Positions 43,746-54,294 of a stretch of 64,000 nucleotides of DNA are shown in pieces. Numbering within the stretch: the first letter of the stretch is position 1; the number at the start of each line of letters is the position of its first letter. The stretch spans positions 21,888-85,887 of the forward strand of contig CALWTD010000013.1 in assembly GCA_944384395.1 (NCBI GenBank), in the 5' to 3' direction. Under the pieces are notes generated by a model. It searched no databases. It saw only the letters and a program-made list of their open reading frames with translations, and had not been told where the DNA came from. Made by a program: the position numbers and the translations under genes. Origin of the DNA: an uncultured Clostridia bacterium (GTDB lineage Bacteria > Bacillota > Clostridia > Christensenellales > UBA1242).

Positions 43746-45314
43746 ATGGAGATATTAGATAAACTAAATAAAGAATTTAATTATAAATATGATTTTTTAA
43801 GAGTGTTAAAAGTAGAGTATAACACTCTTTTATCGTATTGTGAAATTTGGTTTTTGTATCCAGAAAATAATAAAGATTTAATAGATGAAGAAAAAAAAGA
43901 AATAACTGATTTTATAAAAAAAGAATTAAATTTAACTTGTGAAATAAAAATAAAATTTAAAAAAAGTTATTTAGACGAAAATTTAATAAAAAAACATTTA
44001 ATAAATTATTTAAAAAATGTAAATTCTTCATTATTTGCCTATTATAAAGATGAAAATATAGAAGTAATAAGGAATAATTATAATATTATTATTAAATTTA
44101 ATTTAATAAAAGAAATATATGATTATTTTAGTTATAATAATTTAAAAGAAAATATTTTAAATGAGTTAAATAAAAATTTTATTGCTAATTTTAATGTTGA
44201 AATTAAAGAAAATTCAAACGATGTCATTGACGATAAAATTTTAATTGAACACGAAAAAGAGCTTATAAAAAATTTACCACAACCTAAAAAAGTTGTTAGA
44301 TATGAAGTTTACGAGCCTGAAAAAATAATTGGTGTAGATATAACACCAATGCCGGAATACATAAAGGGTCAACCTGATGAAAAAGAGTCCGTTATTCTTG
44401 CTGGTGAAATTAGCAATTTGGCAGAAAAAACATATATTTCAAGAAGGACTAAAAAGAAAGGTGGAAGTGAAGAAAGTTATTATTATACTTTCATTTTAAC
44501 AGATAAATCTTCAAGTATTCAAGCAATTTATTTTTCTAATAAAACTACATATAAAAAAGCAAAGCTTTTAAAAGATGGAGATAAAATTCTCGTTATTGGC
44601 AATATCAAAAAAGGTCAAAGAGAAAAAACTATAAGTTTAAAAAGTATATCCTTTTGTGAAATAATAAATAAAGACGAAAATATTGAAGAAAAAGAAGAAG
44701 AAAAACCAGTTCAAAATATTCATTTTGATAATTATAGAGTAGTTAAACCAACTGTTTATATGCCACTTAAACAAGAAAATATTTTTGATAAAACGCCAAC
44801 ATATAACGACTTAATAAAAAATAATAATTTTGTTGTTTTTGATGTTGAAACAACAGGATTAGAGCCAACGGTTAACGAAATTATAGAAATAGGAGCTGTT
44901 AAAATTGTCGATGGCAAAATTAAAGAACAATTTCAGACTTTAATTTGTCCAGAAAATGAAATCCCAGAAGAAATAACAAATTTAACAACAATTACAAATG
45001 ATATGGTAAAAAATGCACCAAGCAATAATGATGCTATTCAAGACTTTTATAAATTTTGTGAAAATTGCTCGCTCGTTGGTTATAATGTTGCATTTGATTT
45101 TGCGTTTATAAATAGCAGTGCTAAAAAAGCAGGATTGTATTTTAATAATCAAACATATGATGCAATGGTGATGGCAAAAAATAAATTATATTTGCCAAGA
45201 TATAGGCTTATAAATGTGGTTGAAGCATTAAATTTAACATTAAATAATGCACATAGAGCACTTGCTGATGCAACAGCAACAGCTGAAGTATTTTTAAAAT
45301 TAAATGAAATTTAA
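43746..45314 (+). CDS. PolC-derived N-terminal/OB/3'-5' exonuclease protein lacking PHP and polymerase domains
   Basis: At the polC position between rseP and rimP; OB-like segment; DEDDh motifs FDVETTG, GYNVAFD, HRALADA; stop right after ExoIII. Confidence 0.85.
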   Translation: MEILDKLNKEFNYKYDFLRVLKVEYNTLLSYCEIWFLYPENNKDLIDEEKKEITDFIKKELNLTCEIKIKFKKSYLDENLIKKHLINYLKNVNSSLFAYYKDENIEVIRNNYNIIIKFNLIKEIYDYFSYNNLKENILNELNKNFIANFNVEIKENSNDVIDDKILIEHEKELIKNLPQPKKVVRYEVYEPEKIIGVDITPMPEYIKGQPDEKESVILAGEISNLAEKTYISRRTKKKGGSEESYYYTFILTDKSSSIQAIYFSNKTTYKKAKLLKDGDKILVIGNIKKGQREKTISLKSISFCEIINKDENIEEKEEEKPVQNIHFDNYRVVKPTVYMPLKQENIFDKTPTYNDLIKNNNFVVFDVETTGLEPTVNEIIEIGAVKIVDGKIKEQFQTLICPENEIPEEITNLTTITNDMVKNAPSNNDAIQDFYKFCENCSLVGYNVAFDFAFINSSAKKAGLYFNNQTYDAMVMAKNKLYLPRYRLINVVEALNLTLNNAHRALADATATAEVFLKLNEI

Positions 45315-45377
45315 AAAAAATAATAAAAATTATTGATTTGTATAATATATGTATGATATACTTAGGTATGCTAGATT

Positions 45378-45402
45378 GAGAGTGGGTGATGAACCCACTC
45401 TT
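45378..45402 (+). promoter_or_regulatory. rimP leader hairpin
   Basis: GAGAGTGGGT-GATGA-ACCCACTCTT upstream of rimP, matching the conserved AGAGUGGG/CCCACUCU leader. Confidence 0.75.
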
Positions 45403-45422
45403 AATTGTAGAATGGGGGTTAT

Positions 45423-45884
45423 ATGGCAGGAAAAGTAGTTCAAATTTGTCAAGAGAAAATAAATCCAATAATAGAAAAAATGGGTTACGAAGTGGTAGAA
45501 GTTGAATATGCTAAAAAATCAGATGGCATGAACTTAACTTTTTTTATTGACAAAGATGATGGAATAACTATTGAAGATTGCGAAAAAGTTAACCAAGTTA
45601 TTGAACCACTTTTAGACGAACTTAATCCAACAAATGATGCAACTTATATTTTGAATGTAAGTTCGCCAGGAATTGATAGACCAATTAAAACTAATCGAGA
45701 TTATTTAAGAAATAAAGACAAACTTGTTGAAGTTACTTTATATAGCGCACAAAATGGTAAAAAGAAATATAAAGGAATATTAAGAATTTTCAATAATGAT
45801 TTTGTTGAAATTGAAGTAGATGGTGTGGTTATGTCATTTGAACAAAAGAATGTGGCGCAAGTTAGCCCAGTAATAGAATTTTAA
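45423..45884 (+). CDS. rimP: ribosome maturation factor RimP
   Basis: GITIEDC, LNVSSPGIDRP. Confidence 0.95.
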   Translation: MAGKVVQICQEKINPIIEKMGYEVVEVEYAKKSDGMNLTFFIDKDDGITIEDCEKVNQVIEPLLDELNPTNDATYILNVSSPGIDRPIKTNRDYLRNKDKLVEVTLYSAQNGKKKYKGILRIFNNDFVEIEVDGVVMSFEQKNVAQVSPVIEF

Positions 45885-45894
45885 GGAGTAAATC

Positions 45895-47034
45895 ATGATA
45901 AATAAAGATTTTTTTCAAGCATTAGAAGAAATTGAAACAACAAAAAAAATTAATGCTCAACAATTAATTGAAACATTAGAAGCAGCACTTACTTCTGCTT
46001 ATAAAAAAATGTACGGTGAAGCCAAGAGTGCACAAGTTAAACTTGTTCCAGAAAAAAATGCAATAAAAATATATAGTTATAAAACAGTTGTAGAGGAAGT
46101 TGAAAATCCAGACAAAGAAATTTCTTTGCAGGATGCTCAACAAATAAAATCTTCTTATAAAGTTGGCGATGAGATTATGCAAGAAGAAAACACAAAAGAC
46201 TTTGGAAGAATTGCTGCGCAAACAGCAAAACAAGTTGTTATGCAGAAATTAAAAGAAATGGAAAGACAAATTGCTGTTGATGAATTAAGCGAAAAAGAAG
46301 ATGAACTTCTTACAACAATAGTAAAAAGAATTGAACAAAATGTTGTGTATGTTCAGATTGCAGGTTCTCACACAGAAGGCGTTATGCTTGAACAAGATCA
46401 AATTCCTGGTGAAAAATTTCATATAAATGATAGGATTAAGGTATATGTTAAAAAAATAAAAGACTCGTTTAAGGGTGTGCAAATTCAAGTTTCTCGTAGT
46501 AATGTTGGATTTTTAAGAAAACTTTTTGAAATAGAAGTTCCAGAAATTGAAAATGGTGAAGTGGTTATAAAAAACATTGCTAGAGACCCTGGAAACAGAA
46601 GTAAAGTTGCAATAATGGCAACCAAACCACATATTGATGCACTTGGTGCTTGTGTTGGAAATAGAGGCGTAAGAATTAACACAATCATGAGCGAAATAAA
46701 TGGTGAAAAAATTGATTTAGTACCATATTCAGATGACCCATTAGAATATATAGCAAACGCACTTAGCCCTGCAAAAGTTTTAAGTGTTGAAATAAATGAA
46801 AGTTTAAAATCTTCAAGAGTTATTGTTCCTGATGATAAATTGTCATTGGCAATTGGTAAAATGGGGCAAAATGTTAGACTTGCTGCAAGACTTACAGGTT
46901 GGAAGATTGATGTAAAACCAGAAAGTTCAATAAATAATAACGAAGTTAAAGAAGTAGAATACGAACTCACCGACCTTGATGACGAAGATGATTCATTTGC
47001 AAGTTTAGAAGATATAACCGATGATGGTGAATAA
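45895..47034 (+). CDS. nusA: transcription factor NusA
   Basis: FGRIAAQTAKQ, S1 and KH domains, AIGKMGQNVRLA. Confidence 0.97.
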   Translation: MINKDFFQALEEIETTKKINAQQLIETLEAALTSAYKKMYGEAKSAQVKLVPEKNAIKIYSYKTVVEEVENPDKEISLQDAQQIKSSYKVGDEIMQEENTKDFGRIAAQTAKQVVMQKLKEMERQIAVDELSEKEDELLTTIVKRIEQNVVYVQIAGSHTEGVMLEQDQIPGEKFHINDRIKVYVKKIKDSFKGVQIQVSRSNVGFLRKLFEIEVPEIENGEVVIKNIARDPGNRSKVAIMATKPHIDALGACVGNRGVRINTIMSEINGEKIDLVPYSDDPLEYIANALSPAKVLSVEINESLKSSRVIVPDDKLSLAIGKMGQNVRLAARLTGWKIDVKPESSINNNEVKEVEYELTDLDDEDDSFASLEDITDDGE

Positions 47035-47294
47035 TGAAAGAAGTTTTAAGAACTTGTTGCGTATGCAGAAAAAAACAAAATAAGTTCCATATGAATAGAA
47101 TATCAAATCAAGGCGAAAATGTTTTTTTAGATAACAAAAAAGAACATGGTGGTAAGGCAACCTATGTTTGTAAAAACAATGACTGTTTAAACACACTTGT
47201 CAGTAAAAAAGTTTTAAACAGAGTATTTAAACATAATTTTAATATTGATGTTTATAAAAAATTAAGTGAGGAGTTAATTGATACAAAATATTGA
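47034..47294 (+). CDS. ylxR: YlxR/RnpM family protein
   Basis: RTCCVCR...GKATYVC...C; follows nusA. Confidence 0.85.
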   Translation: MKEVLRTCCVCRKKQNKFHMNRISNQGENVFLDNKKEHGGKATYVCKNNDCLNTLVSKKVLNRVFKHNFNIDVYKKLSEELIDTKY

Positions 47295-47592
47295 TAAAAT
47301 AAAAGGTTTAATAAATATAGCAAATAAAGCAGGTTATCTTATTATAGGCTCAGATGCTTTAAAGGGCTATAATAAAAAATTGTATCTTTTGCTCTATGAT
47401 TTGGATATAGGTAAAAATACACAAAAAATTGTAAATCAATTTAAATTAAATACAGATTGTATTGTTTATGGAATAGAAGATTGTATATATTGTAAAATTG
47501 TAAATGTTCCAAATTGTAAAATTGTGGGAATAAAAAATAAAGGTTTATCAGAAGAAATAATAAAATATTTGAGAGGTGATTATATTGGCTAA
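47278..47592 (+). CDS. ylxQ: L7Ae-like protein (YlxQ)
   Basis: GLINIANKAGYLIIGSD; between ylxR and infB. Confidence 0.75.
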   Translation: MIQNIDKIKGLINIANKAGYLIIGSDALKGYNKKLYLLLYDLDIGKNTQKIVNQFKLNTDCIVYGIEDCIYCKIVNVPNCKIVGIKNKGLSEEIIKYLRGDYIG

Positions 47593-50125
47593 CCAAGTAG
47601 AAAAGCAAAATTCAAATGGATTAAATAATTTAAAATCCATATACAAAATTCAAACAAGCGGAGCAATTCAAATTTTTCTTCGTGATTTAAGAGCGTCTAA
47701 AAATCAACTAGAGGATGCTATTAGGAAAATTCATGAACAAAAAAAACTTCGCGAAAACAAGAAAGATGAAACAATAACAATAAATGTTGAAACAAAAGTT
47801 GAAGAAAATGCTCAAGCAAAACCAACTGTTTCAACTGCATCAAATCAAGTTCAACAATCAGAAAAAAAACAAGAAGTTTTGAACAATAAGTCATCTCAAA
47901 ATAGATTTTATAATGATAAATTTAATAAAGAACGTCAAAATTATAATAATAAACCTTTTAACAAAGAAAGACCAAACAACTTTCAAAAACCATGGGGACA
48001 AAAAACTCAAAATAACAACCAAAGACCTTTTGGAAATAATCAACAGCACCCATGGAACAAAAATGGACAAACAAGACCATTTGGACAAAGAAATAACAAT
48101 TTTGCATCATCAAAAGCAAACTCTTTTAAAGTTTTTGAACCAACTGAAAGTAGTTCTGTTTTATCACAACCTGAAAGAAATTATGGTAACAAAAATAAAT
48201 CAAATCGTCAAATAGAAGAAAAGAAACAAATTAGCAAAAAAGCACTAATAAGAAAAAATATTATTGTAGACGATATGGACCTTGAAGATATTGATGGTAT
48301 CAGAATGGGCAATAGAAAACTCGTTAAAAAGAAAAAAGAGCAAAAAACATTTGTTGCTCCAAAAATAGAAAGTGCAACTATTACAACTGAAAATGTTACA
48401 GTTAAAACCTTATCAGAAAAAACAGGACGTCCTGTTAGTGAAATAATAAAACAACTTATGATGTTAGGTGTAATGGCTAATATAAATAGCAGTATTGATT
48501 TTGTTACTGCCGAACTTGTTGCAGGAGAACTTGGTGTTAAACTTGAACATAAAGTTGAAAAATCATTTGAAGAACAAATGCTTGAAGATGTAAAAGTTCA
48601 CGAAGAAGATGAAAAAGATATGCAAAAAAGACCACCAGTGGTTGCTGTTATGGGTCATGTTGACCATGGTAAAACATCGCTACTTGACGCAATAAGAAAA
48701 ACAAATGTTGTAAGTGGCGAAGCAGGTGGAATTACACAAAAAATAGGTGCATATCAAGTTACTGTAAACAATGAAAAAATAACATTTATAGACACACCAG
48801 GTCATGCTGCATTTACTGCAATGCGTGCTCGTGGTGCAAAAGTAACTGATATAGCAGTTTTGGTTGTTGCCGCCGATGATGGAATTATGCCACAAACAAT
48901 AGAGGCAATAAATCACATTAAAGCAGCAAATGTTCCAATGATTGTTGCAATAAATAAAATTGATAAACCAGAAGCTAATATTGAAAGAGTCAAACAACAA
49001 CTTGCAGAAAATGGTGTTTTGCCAGAAGAGTGGGGTGGTGATGCTATTTTGGTTCCAATTTCTGCGAAAAAAGGAATTGGAATTGATGAATTACTAAAAA
49101 TGATTTTACTTGTTGCCGAAGTTCAAGAATTAAAGGCAAATCCAAAGCAAAGTGCTGTTGGTACGATAATTGAAGCAGAATTAGATAAAAATAGAGGACC
49201 AGTTGCTACTGTTTTAGTTCAAAATGGTACACTTAGAGTTGGTGATTCAATTATGAGTGGAGTTTCATATGGAAAAGTAAGGGCAATGTATGATGAAAAT
49301 GGCAAATCTGTTAAGGTTGCTACTCCAAGCACACCTGTTTCTGTTTTAGGACTTGATTCTGTTCCAAATTCAGGAGAAAAAGTTTTTGCAGTTGACGAAA
49401 AATTGTCAAAGCAAGTAATTCAAGAAAGAATTGCAAAAGCAAAAGAGAATCGTGCAAATTCAACGAGTGGTGTATCTCTTGAAGATTTCATGGATAAAGT
49501 TAATGAAGGTAAATTAAAAGCTTTAAATATTATTATAAAAGCAGATGTTCAAGGCTCTGTTGAAGCATTGAAACAATCACTCACAGCAATAAAAAATGAA
49601 GAAGCAAAAGTTGTTTGTATTCACAGTGGTGCAGGAGCAGTTACAGAATCAGATTTATTGCTTGCTCAAGCATCAAACGCTGTTGTTATAAACTTTAATT
49701 TAAAAGCATCTTCAAAAATTGAACAAATAGCAGAATCGATGGGTGTTCAAATAAAATCTTATAAAGTTATTTATGAAGTTGTTGATGATGTAACTAATGC
49801 ACTCAGTGGAATGTTATCTGTAAAATACGAAGAACAAACAATTGGACATGCCGAAGTTAGAGCTATGTTCAAGTTATCGACAAGTGGAATTGTTTGTGGT
49901 TGTTATGTTAAAGATGGAAAGGTTACAAGAAATTCTTTTGTAAATGTTTATAGAAACAATGAAAAAATATTGGAAACATCTGTTGAAGCATTAAGAATAC
50001 AAAAAGACGATAAGGCAGAAGTAAATTACGGCTATGAATGTGGTATAAAATTAAAAGATTCAACAGGAGTATCGGTTGGAGATTTACTTGAAATTTATCA
50101 AAAAGTTGAAGTAAAAAGAGGTTAA
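47585..50125 (+). CDS. infB: translation initiation factor IF-2
   Basis: [17 protein letters not shown]; probable TTG start at 47585 after GAGGTG. Confidence 0.97.
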   Translation: MANQVEKQNSNGLNNLKSIYKIQTSGAIQIFLRDLRASKNQLEDAIRKIHEQKKLRENKKDETITINVETKVEENAQAKPTVSTASNQVQQSEKKQEVLNNKSSQNRFYNDKFNKERQNYNNKPFNKERPNNFQKPWGQKTQNNNQRPFGNNQQHPWNKNGQTRPFGQRNNNFASSKANSFKVFEPTESSSVLSQPERNYGNKNKSNRQIEEKKQISKKALIRKNIIVDDMDLEDIDGIRMGNRKLVKKKKEQKTFVAPKIESATITTENVTVKTLSEKTGRPVSEIIKQLMMLGVMANINSSIDFVTAELVAGELGVKLEHKVEKSFEEQMLEDVKVHEEDEKDMQKRPPVVAVMGHVDHGKTSLLDAIRKTNVVSGEAGGITQKIGAYQVTVNNEKITFIDTPGHAAFTAMRARGAKVTDIAVLVVAADDGIMPQTIEAINHIKAANVPMIVAINKIDKPEANIERVKQQLAENGVLPEEWGGDAILVPISAKKGIGIDELLKMILLVAEVQELKANPKQSAVGTIIEAELDKNRGPVATVLVQNGTLRVGDSIMSGVSYGKVRAMYDENGKSVKVATPSTPVSVLGLDSVPNSGEKVFAVDEKLSKQVIQERIAKAKENRANSTSGVSLEDFMDKVNEGKLKALNIIIKADVQGSVEALKQSLTAIKNEEAKVVCIHSGAGAVTESDLLLAQASNAVVINFNLKASSKIEQIAESMGVQIKSYKVIYEVVDDVTNALSGMLSVKYEEQTIGHAEVRAMFKLSTSGIVCGCYVKDGKVTRNSFVNVYRNNEKILETSVEALRIQKDDKAEVNYGYECGIKLKDSTGVSVGDLLEIYQKVEVKRG

Positions 50126-50126
50126 T

Positions 50127-50495
50127 ATGCAAAATCTAAGAATTGAAAGAGCAAATTCAGAAGTAGAAAAAGCATTAAATGATATTTTACAAAACAAAAT
50201 AAATGATCCTAGGCTAAATGAGTTTATTACAATAACATATGTCAATTTGTCTGTTGATTTTAGACATTGTAAAGTGGGTGTTAGTGTATTTACAGGCGAT
50301 AAAAATATAGTTTTAAAACAACTAAGAAAAAGTGAAGGCTATATCAAAAGAGAATTAGTGAAAGAAGTAAAACTTCCATATACGCCTGAACTAACATTTA
50401 TACTTGATGAAGGTGCAAAGCATAGTGAAGAAATAAATGCAATATTAAGCACTTTAAATATTCCAAAAGAGAGTGAAGAAGATAATGAAAATTAA
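50127..50495 (+). CDS. rbfA: ribosome-binding factor A
   Basis: INDPRL, PELTFILD. Confidence 0.92.
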   Translation: MQNLRIERANSEVEKALNDILQNKINDPRLNEFITITYVNLSVDFRHCKVGVSVFTGDKNIVLKQLRKSEGYIKRELVKEVKLPYTPELTFILDEGAKHSEEINAILSTLNIPKESEEDNEN

Positions 50496-51453
50496 ACTTC
50501 TGTTAAAAAAAATAAAACAAAGCAAAAATGTGGCAGTGTTTGGTCATCAATCGCCAGATGGTGATTGTTTGGGCAGTATATCTGCCATATGTTTTTTATG
50601 TAAGAAATACAATAAAAATGTTGATGCTTACATAGATGATGTGATATCAAAAAAATATGAGTTTTTAAATTTAAATAATATACAAAACGAAAATGTTGAT
50701 TTTAATAAATATGATTTAATAATAAGTGTTGATGTTGCTAGTTTGAAACTTTTAGGTAAATATGGTAATGGCTTTATTAGTCATAAAAATTCTATAGTAA
50801 TAGATCACCACTATAATAGAGATTTGTTGGGAACAATAAATTATATAGACAATAAAAAAGCATCATGCTGTGAGATAATATACGAAATAATGAAAGATAG
50901 TAAACAAAAGATAAACTCACATATTGCAACTTTGTTGTATTTAGGAATCGCAGATGACACGGGTTGTTTTGTGCATGACAATACGGAATATACATCTCAT
51001 TTAATTGCAAGCGACTTATTTAAATTAGGTGCAAACTATAAACTTATAAATTATAATATTTTTAAATTAACAACTCAAAAAACTTTTGACATAACAAATA
51101 AATTAAACAATATTATGAAATTTGTTGATGGAGTTAGATATGTTATATTAAAAATGGATTTTATGAAAGAAAATGATTTTATAAAACAAGACATTGGTGA
51201 CTATGTTAATAAACTGGTAAACTTAGAAAATACAAAAATAGCGTTTGTTATGACAGAGAAACAAAAATCAGTATATTCAATTAATTTAAGAAGTTTAATA
51301 AATTATGATGTTTCAAAAGTTGCTCAAAATTTTAATGGCGGTGGACATAGACAAGCAGCCGGTGGAGAAGTAAGAGGTAAACTTGATGATTGCGAAAAAG
51401 CCGTTGTTAATGAGTGTTTATATTCGATAAAACTGGGAGATAACAATGTTTGA
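50485..51453 (+). CDS. nrnA: DHH family oligoribonuclease/PAP phosphatase NrnA
   Basis: HQSPDGD, IDHH, DTG, GGGHRQAAG. Confidence 0.9.
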   Translation: MKIKLLLKKIKQSKNVAVFGHQSPDGDCLGSISAICFLCKKYNKNVDAYIDDVISKKYEFLNLNNIQNENVDFNKYDLIISVDVASLKLLGKYGNGFISHKNSIVIDHHYNRDLLGTINYIDNKKASCCEIIYEIMKDSKQKINSHIATLLYLGIADDTGCFVHDNTEYTSHLIASDLFKLGANYKLINYNIFKLTTQKTFDITNKLNNIMKFVDGVRYVILKMDFMKENDFIKQDIGDYVNKLVNLENTKIAFVMTEKQKSVYSINLRSLINYDVSKVAQNFNGGGHRQAAGGEVRGKLDDCEKAVVNECLYSIKLGDNNV

Positions 51454-52117
51454 AAAAAATGGAATAATTGTTTTAAATAAGCCAACAGGTATGTCATCAA
51501 GTTTAGCCGTACAAATAGTGAAGCGAACAATAAAACCAAATAAAATAGGACATTTAGGTACTCTTGATCCACTTGGTACAGGTATACTTTTAATTGCTGT
51601 TAACAAAGCAACAAAACTATTTGATGAATATTTAAAAAAGGATAAAACTTATAGGGCAGTTTTTTATTTTGGAAAAGAAACTGATACACTTGACAGTGAA
51701 GGAAAAGTAATTAAAGAAAACGATGTTGATATATCCTTAAATCGATTAGTTGAAGTCTCAAAAAAGTTTGAGGGTGAGTTTGAACAGATGCCACCACTAT
51801 ATTCAGCAAAAAAAATAAATGGAAAGAAGGCTTATGAACTTGCAAGACAGGGCAAAGAAGTTCAGTTAAAAACTAGACATATACACATATATAGTTGTAA
51901 AGTATTGAGTCAAATAAAAAAAAATACTTTTATGTTTGAAATAAAATGTTCTAGTGGTACTTATATAAGAAGTATTTGCAGAGATATTGCTAATGCATTA
52001 TCAACATATGGTATTATGCTTGCAATAATTCGTACTAAATGTGGTATATATACATTAAATGATAGTTGCACACTTGAAGATATAAAGAATAACAATTACA
52101 AATTTTATGAAATATAA
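51446..52117 (+). CDS. truB: tRNA pseudouridine(55) synthase TruB (no C-terminal PUA)
   Basis: GHLGTLDP, PPLYSAKK, CSSGTYIRS. Confidence 0.95.
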   Translation: MFEKNGIIVLNKPTGMSSSLAVQIVKRTIKPNKIGHLGTLDPLGTGILLIAVNKATKLFDEYLKKDKTYRAVFYFGKETDTLDSEGKVIKENDVDISLNRLVEVSKKFEGEFEQMPPLYSAKKINGKKAYELARQGKEVQLKTRHIHIYSCKVLSQIKKNTFMFEIKCSSGTYIRSICRDIANALSTYGIMLAIIRTKCGIYTLNDSCTLEDIKNNNYKFYEI

Positions 52118-52141
52118 ACAAAGATGAAAATGGAGAAAATA

Positions 52142-52993
52142 ATGGATAAAGTTAGATTTGGACCATCAGGTAATGAACAAATATTTTATGATGAAGGAAA
52201 TAAAAGTTCAACACAGGCGCCAAAATGGTTAAAGGAAAAAGGATTAAGTGCATATGAATTCTCTTTTGGACGTGGAATAAATATTAGCGAGCAAACAGCA
52301 AAAATTATTGGTCAAAACGCAAAAGATAATGATATTTTAGTTTCTGCCCATGCTCCATATTATATTAACCTTGCAAATCCTAGTGAAGAAATGATTCAAA
52401 AATCTTTTGGATATATTGAAAAAGGTTTGTATATTTTAGATTGCTTTGGTGGAAGAGACTACGTTGTTCATGTTGGTTCATGTGGTAAACTTGAAAGAGA
52501 AAAAGCGTTAGAGCTTATTAGAACAAATCTAAAAAGAATTGTGAACATTGTAAAAGAAAATGGGTTAATAAATGGTAAAAAAATTTGTCTTGAAACAATG
52601 GGTAAACCACAACAAATAGGCACATATGAAGAAATTATTGATTTGTGTACAATTGATGAATGTTTGGTTCCAACCTTTGATTTTGGACATATAAATGCTC
52701 TTGGCGGAGGGTGTCTTAAAACTTATGATGATTATAAAAAAATATTAGACTTAGCAATAAAAAAATTGGGTGATAGAGCAAAATCATGTCATATACACTT
52801 TTCTAAAATTGAGTATGGCAACAAAGGAGAAATTAGACACTTAAATTATGATGACACAATTTATGGACCAGATTTTGAGCCACTTGCAAAAGTTATTAAA
52901 GATTTGAATTTAACTCCAACAATTATATGCGAATCAAGAGATAGAATGATGACTGATAGTTTAATTTTAAAAAATATTTTTGAAAGAGTGTAA
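52142..52993 (+). CDS. endonuclease IV-like TIM-barrel protein
   Basis: HAPYYINL, H.G, LETMGK, DFGH, HIHFS, RH, ICES. Confidence 0.85.
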   Translation: MDKVRFGPSGNEQIFYDEGNKSSTQAPKWLKEKGLSAYEFSFGRGINISEQTAKIIGQNAKDNDILVSAHAPYYINLANPSEEMIQKSFGYIEKGLYILDCFGGRDYVVHVGSCGKLEREKALELIRTNLKRIVNIVKENGLINGKKICLETMGKPQQIGTYEEIIDLCTIDECLVPTFDFGHINALGGGCLKTYDDYKKILDLAIKKLGDRAKSCHIHFSKIEYGNKGEIRHLNYDDTIYGPDFEPLAKVIKDLNLTPTIICESRDRMMTDSLILKNIFERV

Positions 52994-52995
52994 AA

Positions 52996-53550
52996 ATGAT
53001 TTATAAATTGTGTTTAGGTGATGTCCAAGAAAATTGTTATATAATAACGAATAGCAAAAATCAATGTGTTATTATTGATGCTGGCGAAGAATTTGAAAAA
53101 ATTAAGGGTTTTGTTGATAGAAATAACTTAAAAATATGTGGTATTTTGTTAACACATGGACATTTTGACCATTGTGCATCTTGTAAAAAATTTCAAGATT
53201 TGGGTGTTAAAATTTATATTCATAAAGATGATGCAGATAAATTATGTACAAATAACAATTTGGCTTATTTATTTGGAAGGTCATTTGCAAAACTTAATGC
53301 AGATGTTGAATTTGATGAAGGTGAACTCAAAGTAGGCGAATTTGATTTTAAAGTTATTTACACTCCGGGGCATAGTAAAGGAAGTGTTGCTTTTGTCTAC
53401 AAAAACAATATTTTTGTTGGTGACACAATATTTTATAATGGTGTTGGGCGAACAGATTTTTATGATGGCTCAGAAGAACAACTAATAAAAAGTATTCAAA
53501 AATTAAAACCATACTTAAATGGCGATTATAAAATATTTTATGGACACTAA
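52996..53550 (+). CDS. MBL-fold metallo-hydrolase
   Basis: THGHFDH, TPGHSKG, GDT, YGH. Confidence 0.92.
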   Translation: MIYKLCLGDVQENCYIITNSKNQCVIIDAGEEFEKIKGFVDRNNLKICGILLTHGHFDHCASCKKFQDLGVKIYIHKDDADKLCTNNNLAYLFGRSFAKLNADVEFDEGELKVGEFDFKVIYTPGHSKGSVAFVYKNNIFVGDTIFYNGVGRTDFYDGSEEQLIKSIQKLKPYLNGDYKIFYGH

Positions 53551-53619
53551 AAAATGGTTGATTATTTTTTGTTGTGTGTGTTATACTTTAATGAATTTTA
53601 ATTAAGGAGTAAAAATTAA

Positions 53620-54180
53620 ATGATTACAGCAGGTGATTTTAGAAAAGGTGTAACTTTTGAAATGGATGGAAATGTTTATGTTGTTGTAGATTTCCTTCAT
53701 GTTAAGCCGGGAAAAGGTTCTCCATTTGTAAGAACAAAAATAAAAAATGTTATTACAGGACAAGTTTTAGAAAGAACATTTAACCCAACAGACAAATTCC
53801 AAGTTGCAGTTATTGAAAGAAAAGAAATGCAATACTTATACAACGAAGGTGATTTATATTACTTTATGGATATGGAAACATATGACCAAATTCCATTAAA
53901 TAAATCACAAGTTGAAGATGCAATGAATTTTATGACTGAAAATATGTCAGCAACTATTCAATTTTATAAAGGAACTGCATTTTCAGTTGAACCACCAACA
54001 TTTGTTGAATTGACTATTGTTGATTGCGAACCTGGTATTCAAGGCGATACAGCAAAATCTAGTTATAAACCAGCAAAATTGGAAACTGGTTACACAATAA
54101 ATGTTCCACTTTTTGTTAACAATGGAGAAAAAATTCGTGTAGATACAAGAGATGGTTCATACATGGAAAGAGTTAAATAA
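53620..54180 (+). CDS. efp: elongation factor P
   Basis: KPGKG loop, [13 protein letters not shown]. Confidence 0.97.
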   Translation: MITAGDFRKGVTFEMDGNVYVVVDFLHVKPGKGSPFVRTKIKNVITGQVLERTFNPTDKFQVAVIERKEMQYLYNEGDLYYFMDMETYDQIPLNKSQVEDAMNFMTENMSATIQFYKGTAFSVEPPTFVELTIVDCEPGIQGDTAKSSYKPAKLETGYTINVPLFVNNGEKIRVDTRDGSYMERVK

Positions 54181-54201
54181 TTAAATTATATTTTTATGTC
54201 G

Positions 54202-54239
54202 AAATATGTAATACTTTTTAGTATTGCATATTTTTTTTT
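54202..54239 (+). terminator. intrinsic terminator after efp
   Basis: AAATATGTAATAC-TTTTTA-GTATTGCATATTT followed by a T-run. Confidence 0.7.
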
Positions 54240-54294
54240 GTTTTATGTTATCTTCCTAACTTTTTAAAAATATATTACCTTAGGGAGAAAACAA

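Noticed and set aside
45315-45422. Frameshifted continuation of polC
   Set aside because: Only ~108 bp of AT-rich promoter and rimP leader; no polymerase-like frame
47278-47592. L7Ae-like gene as the OLE partner OapC
   Set aside because: Its position between ylxR and infB identifies it as YlxQ; OapC is the YbxF paralogue
54197-54203. Perfect Spo0A box TGTCGAA upstream of spoIIIAA
   Set aside because: A single 7-mer overlapping the efp terminator; spoIIIA is normally sigma-E driven, so chance cannot be excluded
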